A DNA stretch of 64,000 bases, taken from NCBI GenBank assembly GCA_030427825.1, contig JAUICO010000006.1, positions 16-64,015 on the forward strand, given 5' to 3'. Below are positions 57,128 through 64,000 of the stretch, one piece after another. The position numbers and the translations under genes were made by a program. The stretch's first letter is position 1. Each line of letters starts with the position of its first letter. The DNA is from a bacterium (GTDB lineage Bacteria; Myxococcota_A; Bradymonadia; REDH01). The notes below the pieces were generated by a model. The model ran no database searches and was not told the origin of the DNA. It saw only the letters and a list, made by a program, of their open reading frames with translations.

Positions 57128-57724
57128 ATGGCAGACCAGCAAACACAACTTGAAGAGGTAGAAGCGCTTCTTGCTCGCCGGAAGCGGGCCGCGCGAAAAG
57201 CGCGTGTCGCAGCCAGTCGGGTGGAGAAGGAAGAAGGCCTCAACATCAACTCGATGATGGACATGATGGTCATCATCCTGTGCTTCCTACTCAAAAGTAT
57301 CGGGTCGGACCCGGTGACCATCACTCAGAGCGCTGACCTGCGTCTGCCGTATTCCACGGCGGAGCTGGCGCCGGAAGACATGATTACGATCACGGTCACC
57401 AAGCGCAGCGTGATGGTGGACGATCACGAGATCGTGCCTCTCACGGATGGCTCTGTTGACGTCGGTCTCCTGCAGAGCGCCGAGTCGCTGATCATTCCTG
57501 AGCTTCAGGCTTCCGTTGAAGAGCTGTTGCAGGAGCGTGAGCAGCTCTCCGCCCAGTTGGGCCGGGAGTTTGAGAAGATTGCGACACTCATCTGCGACAG
57601 CGAGACCCAGTATCGACTGCTTGCGCAGGTCATGGCGACCGCGAATGCAGGCGGTATTCAGAACTTTAAGTTCGCAGTAATCAAGCGTGGCCAGGGCGCC
57701 GGCCTGGTTTCTGCGTCAGATTGA
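57128..57724 (+). CDS. Second ExbD/TolR-family protein.
   Basis: LNINSMMDMMVIILCFLLKS TM signature and a periplasmic ExbD-like domain. 198 aa. Confidence 0.8.
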   Translation: MADQQTQLEEVEALLARRKRAARKARVAASRVEKEEGLNINSMMDMMVIILCFLLKSIGSDPVTITQSADLRLPYSTAELAPEDMITITVTKRSVMVDDHEIVPLTDGSVDVGLLQSAESLIIPELQASVEELLQEREQLSAQLGREFEKIATLICDSETQYRLLAQVMATANAGGIQNFKFAVIKRGQGAGLVSASD

Positions 57725-57855
57725 CGAGCGGGTGTCGTCTTACTGGTGAGCGCAGAGCGACAGTTGTATGATGCGACTGCGTCCGATCACGTCGCGCGTA
57801 ACTAATCGCACGACGCACACCACCGAATTCGCCTGAAGGCAGACAAGGACACTCG

Positions 57856-59235
57856 ATGGCAACTCAAAAGCGCGAGAGAATTCTTCGACTCGGTATCATT
57901 CAGAATGGCCGAATCATTGAAGAGCGCCTGGTACGGGAACGCAAGCCGGTAAAGGTCGGCCAGACCCTGAAGAACGACTTTGTCATTGCTTCCGGTGAGT
58001 TCCCGCAGTCGCACATACTTTTCGGCGTGAAAGGGGGAAGATACGTTCTCAATTTCACCGAGAAGATGGCGGGGCGCCTTGCGCTCGGCGACGCGGTACA
58101 TGATCTGAACAGCCTCAAGCAGACCGGCAAGGCTCGACGATCGGGCGGAAGCTGGGAGCTCGACCTTTCGGATCGCTCGCGAGGCAAAGTGTCGCTTGGC
58201 GACGTCACGATTCTGTTTCAGTTCGTGAACCCGCCGCCCCTTCGAGTGCTGCCGCAGCTGCCTGCAAATATGCGAGGCGGGATCCTCCTGTTCATGGCTT
58301 CGGTTATGGGCCTGAGCGGAGTACTGCTGGCCACGCTCACCTTCTCGGCAATTCTCCAGATCGGGTTCGTAACGTACGTACGGTATTTTGTGCCGCCGCC
58401 TCCACGTCCGACGCTCGCAGACATCTCTGCTCGCATCATTCGGCCGCCGGCTCCGATTGAGGAGGAGCCCGACGTTGAGGATGTTGATTTGACAGAAGAT
58501 GGCGACATCGTCGTCGACAATGCAGAGACCGACGAAGGCGCAGAGGACGATTCCGGTGCCGTCGAACAGGATAGCGGCGGTGGTGCTTCTGACGGAGAGA
58601 TCCGGGAAGTCAGTGAGCGGGTTGTTCAGGAATCGGCGCTGTCTTCACTTCTTGGAGCTGACGGTGGCATCGATCTCGGGATCACGACGACGGACCAGAT
58701 GGCCGCAAACCGCGCTGAGGAGGCGCTGGCGAATCAGCAGGCTCGTGGTGCAGTCGGAGACGGCATTGTGTCGAGTGCAGGCCTCGGAACCAGTCAGGGC
58801 GCGGAAGGCCGACAGGGACGCCACGGAGTAGGCACTGGTGGTTCAACGGTGGCTGCGACGGCGGAGGTCGCGCAAGCCGCAGAGAGTGAGCAGGTTCGCG
58901 TAACTGCAAACGTGCGTGGAAGCAGCGCCCGTACAGCCGGTTCGGGCAGCCTCGATAACAGCGCCGTGAATCGTGTACTCCGGCGCCGTAGCCGAGATGT
59001 TGAGCGGTGTTATGAGCGTGGTTTGAACTCAAACCCCGGTCTTGGCGGTCGTGTCGTTGTCCAGTTCACCATTGGTACGGACGGTCGGGTCTCGAACGCG
59101 CGACTGCCTACGAATGAAGTCGGCAGCTCGGTTGGAAACTGTATTCTGGGCCGTGTCCGTCGGTGGCGATTCCCGGAACCCGACGGCGGTACCGTCACGG
59201 TCCGTAAGGCGTACGTGCTCAGCCCCGGCAGTTGA
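57856..59235 (+). CDS. Bitopic protein with an N-terminal FHA-like cytoplasmic domain, one TM helix, a Pro/Gly-rich periplasmic linker and a C-terminal TonB-C-like domain (GltG/GltJ- or TonB-like).
   Basis: N-terminus GQTLKNDFVIASGEFPQSHILFGVKGGRYVL is FHA-like. TM helix GILLFMASVMGLSGVLLATLTF. C-terminus CYERGL...GGRVVVQFTIGTDGRVSNARL...VRRWRFPEPDGGTVTV fits TonB_C. Confidence 0.55.
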   Translation: MATQKRERILRLGIIQNGRIIEERLVRERKPVKVGQTLKNDFVIASGEFPQSHILFGVKGGRYVLNFTEKMAGRLALGDAVHDLNSLKQTGKARRSGGSWELDLSDRSRGKVSLGDVTILFQFVNPPPLRVLPQLPANMRGGILLFMASVMGLSGVLLATLTFSAILQIGFVTYVRYFVPPPPRPTLADISARIIRPPAPIEEEPDVEDVDLTEDGDIVVDNAETDEGAEDDSGAVEQDSGGGASDGEIREVSERVVQESALSSLLGADGGIDLGITTTDQMAANRAEEALANQQARGAVGDGIVSSAGLGTSQGAEGRQGRHGVGTGGSTVAATAEVAQAAESEQVRVTANVRGSSARTAGSGSLDNSAVNRVLRRRSRDVERCYERGLNSNPGLGGRVVVQFTIGTDGRVSNARLPTNEVGSSVGNCILGRVRRWRFPEPDGGTVTVRKAYVLSPGS

Positions 59236-59409
59236 TGGGACAGAAGCGCTGTGTCCGGGCCCATCTTCACGGTGTGCATAGAGCGACCAGATCTTCTCCG
59301 AGCCTGCCTTAGATTGACAGCCTTCGTCGGCTGGATTACGTATCCAAGCTGAGAAATCTGACCCCGAATCTCCGTTGTAGTGTCGCTAGATGCGGCCCTT
59401 GGAGGAACA

Positions 59410-59970
59410 ATGCACCGAATCTTGAAGTGCACAGTGGTAGCACTGTGCTTTGCTCTACTGCCGATTGCCATCGTGAACTCGCAGTCTACCGCGTCTGAAA
59501 CAGACGATGTGGCGCGAATGAGCGATGAGGAGAAGATCTCCGCTGCTCGGCAGAATCGAACCGAAATGGCCAACGCTCGGGACAGAGTGGCCGAGCTCGG
59601 TGCAGAGGTCACTGAGGCGGAAGGCGATGGAAGTCGAGGTCGCTGCATCGAGCAGAATCTCGCATCGATCGACGGCTTCATTCGAGTTGGCGCCCGTGCT
59701 TTCGACCACATGGTCGAAGCTCTCGGTATCGGCGACGACCAGCATGCGGTACACCAGTTCCTGATCATCAGGACGGTGAAGCAGAGCACGCTCGGTCGTG
59801 AAGCTGATGCTCGCCAATGCGCCGGATTCGCGCTGACGTACACCGGCGACACGCAGCGTCGCGTTGAGATTGATGAGATGCCCACGGATGTACTGAATAT
59901 TTTGAACAACTGGGGCGGCGCGGTGATCATCCGAGAGGATATTCGGCCCAACGGAACAGCCACCTTCTGA
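59410..59970 (+). CDS. Secreted protein of unknown function (186 aa).
   Basis: MHRILKCTVVALCFALLPIAIVNS is a signal peptide. GGAGG RBS. No motif. Confidence 0.4.
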   Translation: MHRILKCTVVALCFALLPIAIVNSQSTASETDDVARMSDEEKISAARQNRTEMANARDRVAELGAEVTEAEGDGSRGRCIEQNLASIDGFIRVGARAFDHMVEALGIGDDQHAVHQFLIIRTVKQSTLGREADARQCAGFALTYTGDTQRRVEIDEMPTDVLNILNNWGGAVIIREDIRPNGTATF

Positions 59971-60091
59971 TTCATTGGTTCTGCAAATCTGCCTTTTCAA
60001 ATTCTATAGCTATCGACCGGCATGCTCTTCTGTTAGGAGCGCCGTCCCATCGCGCAGGACCCGAGTCGGGTTGTGCAACGAGAGTGTCTAA

Positions 60092-61510
60092 ATGATTTCA
60101 ATGAAGACGATACGCGCCATCATGGTGTGCAGCGCCATCGCGCTTGCCGGTATGGGGAGCGCCCCAGACGGGCACGCGGCAGAGTCAACAGGGATCGACG
60201 TCGGAAACCTCGTGATTCGGCCGTCGCTCCGTTTGTCAGTAGGTTACAATACCAACGTCTTTCTCCAGTCCAAGCGTGAGCTCGACGGTGAGATGGCATC
60301 GCCGGTACTGGCCATTTCACCGCGCCTCGCGTGGGCAGTGAACAACCCCCGCAGCATCGATTTCAATGGCGATTTCGGGGTCTCATGGACGCAGCCTTTT
60401 GCCGGTGATCCGGGTGTCAACGAAGACTTTCGCGATCAGCACCTGACCGCCAGTGGCTCTGCTGGACTCGTGTTCAATCCGCGGGGCGCAGTGAGCTTTT
60501 CGCTTGAGGATCGCATGCGTCTCGCCGACACGGACGCGTCCGTCGATATTCAGGAAGACGAGTTTGGTGTGGTGTTTTCCGAGCGCGGCAATGACATCGG
60601 CGCCGCCAAGATTTTCGCGAACTCACTTTCTGCCAGCATCGGCTTTCATCCTCACGGGATGTACCGGGAGAGCCGCATGGGTTTCAGCGGCACCCTGTCG
60701 GCGCATTGGCGTCGGTTCCGCTACCTTGAGCGTCACAGTTCGGACCACAGCGCGATGGGTGGACGGCTTCAGTTGAACTGGAACTTCCTTCCGCGCTCGA
60801 TGGTCTATCTGGTCCTCGGTGTGGACCGAACCGTTTATGACGAAGATGCGTCGCTTGCACTCACGCGAATCGAAGTTCTTCCTTCACCTGACGTCGTGAA
60901 CAATCCACTGAGGAACGTGGCTTCCACAGCGGTGCGCGTAAGCATCGGCTATGCTGGCCTTATCGCTCGTCGCCTTTCCGCAACCGCACAGATCGGGTTT
61001 GGTGTGGGCCTCTACGAAGAGGGTGCATCACCCTCGAGGATCGGTGCGCTTCTTCAGCTTCGTTACCAGATCAATTCGTCGAACAGCCTCCAAGTTGGCT
61101 ACTCCACCGACTTCGCAGATGCGACGTTTGCCAACTACATCGATTTCCATCGCCTGTGGGCGGGTTGGAGCGCCGAGGGTGAGAAGTTGAGCGGTGAAAT
61201 CGCAGCGTTCTGGCAGATCAATTCCTATTCAGAGTTCCAGTCCACCGTGCCTGACGACGAAGGCGGCGTGGTCGAGGTGTACAACGCCAGCGAACGCTCC
61301 GATTACATTCTCGGCGCCAAGGCATCGATCGCGCTGCACATCACCTCCAATGTGCATGTTGGACTGCGTTACCAGATCAACGGAACGTGGACGGACTTCG
61401 AAGCGACGCGGACCGGCGGCTCGATTGATGACCAGATCAACACGCCTCTTTCCGGCGATCCGGAGTTCCTGAGGCACCAGATCATGCTCTATCTTCAGCT
61501 GCAGATGTAG
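60092..61510 (+). CDS. Putative outer-membrane beta-barrel protein.
   Basis: Signal peptide. Alternating hydrophobic beta-strand pattern throughout, with a C-terminal aromatic-rich strand (HQIMLYLQLQM). 472 aa. Confidence 0.45.
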   Translation: MISMKTIRAIMVCSAIALAGMGSAPDGHAAESTGIDVGNLVIRPSLRLSVGYNTNVFLQSKRELDGEMASPVLAISPRLAWAVNNPRSIDFNGDFGVSWTQPFAGDPGVNEDFRDQHLTASGSAGLVFNPRGAVSFSLEDRMRLADTDASVDIQEDEFGVVFSERGNDIGAAKIFANSLSASIGFHPHGMYRESRMGFSGTLSAHWRRFRYLERHSSDHSAMGGRLQLNWNFLPRSMVYLVLGVDRTVYDEDASLALTRIEVLPSPDVVNNPLRNVASTAVRVSIGYAGLIARRLSATAQIGFGVGLYEEGASPSRIGALLQLRYQINSSNSLQVGYSTDFADATFANYIDFHRLWAGWSAEGEKLSGEIAAFWQINSYSEFQSTVPDDEGGVVEVYNASERSDYILGAKASIALHITSNVHVGLRYQINGTWTDFEATRTGGSIDDQINTPLSGDPEFLRHQIMLYLQLQM

Positions 61511-61637
61511 CGGTCCAGTCGTGAACGTGGGGAAGTCAGCGGTGTGATCTTCGTGTCTCATCTTGCTCCCTGTGCCGGCCATTTGCTTCCACCCGACGCA
61601 TGTGGTGGAGGCAGCCCAGACCGGATGGATGTGCAAA

Positions 61638-62309
61638 ATGACGACCGACTTCAGAGAGCAACCGCGAAGGCGACAACCGGGCTCCCACTTCATCGGGTCG
61701 TGTCTTTCGCTACTTCTGACTCTTGCTGCGACGTCGCTGCTTGTCAGCGCGTGCAGGACCCAGGTCAGCGACGACTATTTGGAGTGGGCGCGAAGGTCGT
61801 ACGCTGAAGTGCCCGAAGTGCGTCTGGGAGCCGGCGACGAGCTGGAGCTCCGAATCTATCCGGATCGTACACTATCCGGTGAGTACGTTGTCCCACCGGG
61901 CGGCGCGATCAATCACCCGCTCATCGGTCTACTCCAGGTCGCGAACCGGACCTGTTTCGAGATTGAGCAGGATGTAACGACCCGGCTCGCAGACGGGCTG
62001 TACCGGTCCCCTGCGGTAACCTGCCAGATCACGAAGCTGCAATCGGCGGCTGTGACCATGATTGGCAGCTTCAGTACGACCGGCGCCTTCGCGTATCGCG
62101 AAGGCCTGACTGCCATTGACGCGCTCGCGGCTGCAGGTGGGTTCACAGCGGGTGCCGGTCGGGACCGGGTACAACTCACTCGAGTTATTGATGGCGTTCA
62201 GTACGAGATCGTGATTCCGCTACAGTCGGTCTTGAAGGGAAGAGCGCCGAATTTTCTACTCTGGCCTGATGACCTGCTATATGCACCCGGGCAGGGAGCG
62301 TTCGACTGA
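61638..62309 (+). CDS. Polysaccharide export outer-membrane lipoprotein, short Wza/GumB type.
   Basis: Lipobox LLVSAC. Poly_export-like motif (GDELELRIYPD...YVVPPGGAINHPLIGLLQVANRT..EIEQDV). SLBB-like GLTAIDALAAAGGF. Confidence 0.7.
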   Translation: MTTDFREQPRRRQPGSHFIGSCLSLLLTLAATSLLVSACRTQVSDDYLEWARRSYAEVPEVRLGAGDELELRIYPDRTLSGEYVVPPGGAINHPLIGLLQVANRTCFEIEQDVTTRLADGLYRSPAVTCQITKLQSAAVTMIGSFSTTGAFAYREGLTAIDALAAAGGFTAGAGRDRVQLTRVIDGVQYEIVIPLQSVLKGRAPNFLLWPDDLLYAPGQGAFD

Positions 62310-62314
62310 GGTAG

Positions 62315-64000
62315 ATGGCGACTGTACCGCAAAATTCAGAGAGCAACGGGCAGACAGGACCTGGAATCCAGGAACTTGTGCGTTCGATGCTCCGCCATTT
62401 TTGGACGATGTTGGCGGTGTTCACGATCGTTTGCGCCGCCGGTGTGTTCTACACGATGCGGCAGCCGGAGATGTACCGTGCAAAGGCATTGATACAGATC
62501 CAGACCGCGACACCCCCGGTCATGGGTCGGGATATCGACGCCACCCTTCTGATGCTTGGCTCGTATCATGACGCAAGCAAGTACCGGGCGACTCAGAATC
62601 GGATACTCAAATCGAGCACGATTGCCGAGGAGGTGGCGCGTAGGCTCGACCTCTATAACGACCTTGAGTTTCTGGGCCTTACCGGCGTCCAGGATCCGGA
62701 GGAGTTGGCGCAGAGGTTGAGCGCGGCGGATCCTGTGCCGCGAATCACGCGAATGCTCACAGTGATACCGGATCAGACGACGATGCTGATTGCGTTGGAG
62801 GCTGTCGGCACGAACCCGAAGACCTGTGCCGATATCGTCAACACCACGGCGGAAGTCTACCGTGACCACACCTACGGTGAACGCATCGCGTCTGTCTCGA
62901 GCGCAATCGATTGGCTGCAGGAACAATACCAGCAGCTACGTTCAGAGTTGGAGAGTTCAGAAGCGTCGCTCTACAACTTTCGTAGGGAACGGAACCTGCT
63001 CGGCGTATCGATGGGCGATCAGCACAACCTCACCGCTCGGGCAGTCAGTACCCTCTTCCTGCAGCTATCAGAGGCGCGACTGTCCGCAACGCAGTTGCAG
63101 ACGACAGTCGATCAGTTGCAGGGCGCCGATGATGTGGATGAGCTTCTGGAGTTGGGCATTGAGGAAGTCGTTAACAACGACCTGATTCAAGAGCTGAAGG
63201 GGCAGCTGACGCTGATAGAAGCGGAGCGAATTCGCAGCGGGGTCGACCTCCTCGGTGAGCACCCACAGATGGTTGCGCTCGATCAGCAGGAGGCACTGAT
63301 TGAAGCCTCCCTGAACCGAGAGATTACGAACGCGATCTCGGCGCTCCGAGTGAACTATGATTCGGCGCGCGCATTGGAGTCGATGCTCCAGTCACGCCTG
63401 GACTCGGTATACTCCGAAGCGCTGGTTCTGGGTGAAACGGAGCTTGAGTATGAACAGCTTGAGCGCGAGGTCATCGCGAACCGTGCCATCTTCGATTCGA
63501 TCGAACAGCGCCTGAAGGAGGTCGAGCTCGCCGAGCAGATGGAGCAGAACAACGTCGAGATCATTGAACGAGCAAGAGTGCCGGGCGCCCCGTTTAAGCC
63601 GAACAAGCTGATGAACGTTGCCGGAGCGGCAATCGTCGGGCTCTTTCTCGCCATCGGCGTCGCCGTATTGCTCGAGATGCTCGATAACACCGTCAAGACG
63701 CAGCAGCAGATCGAGTCGAAATTCGGAGTGCCTTTTCTCGGGGTCATTCCAACGATTCGTGCGACCAATCAGACTCGTCAGAGCACGCGTGGGCCGATGC
63801 GGGGCGAGGAATACAATCCGGACACCTTTGTCGATGATTACCCTAAATCTACCGTTGCGGAGTCCTGCAGGTCGATCCGAACCAATCTGATGTTCATGTC
63901 GACGGACAAGCCGTTGGAGCGGATTCTGGTGACCTCAGCGGGTCCACTCGACGGGAAAACCACCACAGCGGTCAGCATCGCTACGGTGCTGGCGCATAGT
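62315..64000 (+). CDS. Polysaccharide co-polymerase / tyrosine autokinase (Wzc/GumC-like), truncated at the window end.
   Basis: N-terminal TM helix, long periplasmic coiled-coil, second TM helix (AIVGLFLAIGVAVLL), then a Walker A motif (SAGPLDGKTT) at the edge. Reading frame reconstructed by hand from 62315. Confidence 0.7.
   Translation, partial: MATVPQNSESNGQTGPGIQELVRSMLRHFWTMLAVFTIVCAAGVFYTMRQPEMYRAKALIQIQTATPPVMGRDIDATLLMLGSYHDASKYRATQNRILKSSTIAEEVARRLDLYNDLEFLGLTGVQDPEELAQRLSAADPVPRITRMLTVIPDQTTMLIALEAVGTNPKTCADIVNTTAEVYRDHTYGERIASVSSAIDWLQEQYQQLRSELESSEASLYNFRRERNLLGVSMGDQHNLTARAVSTLFLQLSEARLSATQLQTTVDQLQGADDVDELLELGIEEVVNNDLIQELKGQLTLIEAERIRSGVDLLGEHPQMVALDQQEALIEASLNREITNAISALRVNYDSARALESMLQSRLDSVYSEALVLGETELEYEQLEREVIANRAIFDSIEQRLKEVELAEQMEQNNVEIIERARVPGAPFKPNKLMNVAGAAIVGLFLAIGVAVLLEMLDNTVKTQQQIESKFGVPFLGVIPTIRATNQTRQSTRGPMRGEEYNPDTFVDDYPKSTVAESCRSIRTNLMFMSTDKPLERILVTSAGPLDGKTTTAVSIATVLAHS

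Overview
This is a high-GC (~65-68%) chromosomal window that looks Myxococcota-like. The basis is a MYXO-CTERM-type C-terminal sorting tail, 'CGDG...EECD' Myxococcus-type cysteine repeats, and a one-TolQ plus two-TolR motor cluster. The ORF caller uses GTG/TTG starts and takes the longest frame, so many listed ORFs carry spurious N-terminal extensions. I re-set those starts by hand.

Gene content, 5' to 3':
- recB (partial) and recC on the minus strand, with a divergent tandem-cNMP-binding / BFD-like [2Fe-2S] / FNR-like oxidoreductase fusion.
- A 6-kb stretch (7.8-13.9 kb) where every intergenic gap carries one copy of a structured palindromic element. The gaps bracket a DUF2236 + orphan Dam-like methyltransferase pair, an aldo-keto reductase / acyl-CoA synthetase operon and a small membrane protein.
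- A large secreted repeat protein with a MYXO-CTERM tail, a MATE transporter, a translationally coupled lipoprotein / 2H-phosphoesterase / RlmI operon, TSUP divergent from rsgA, purL, and a YcbB-like L,D-transpeptidase.
- A lipoprotein with four PPC repeats and a C14 orthocaspase domain, an orphan cytochrome-oxidase subunit III/IV pair, and leuS.
- A four-gene ECF sigma / anti-sigma operon, a 4-haem cytochrome c lipoprotein, a DUF45 hydrolase, valS, and a RomR-like response regulator with a tandem-repeat-rich Pro/Ala linker.
- From ~46.2 kb, a contiguous envelope machine: a secreted protein, three TPR proteins (one of 1260 aa, one a lipoprotein with a novel Cys-rich C-terminal repeat), TolQ/ExbB, two TolR/ExbD, an FHA-like + TonB-C protein, a secreted protein and an outer-membrane barrel-like protein. 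This resembles an Agl-Glt gliding / PMF motor complex. It is followed by a GumB/Wza and GumC/Wzc polysaccharide export pair that runs off the window.

I found no rRNA, tRNA or CRISPR array.
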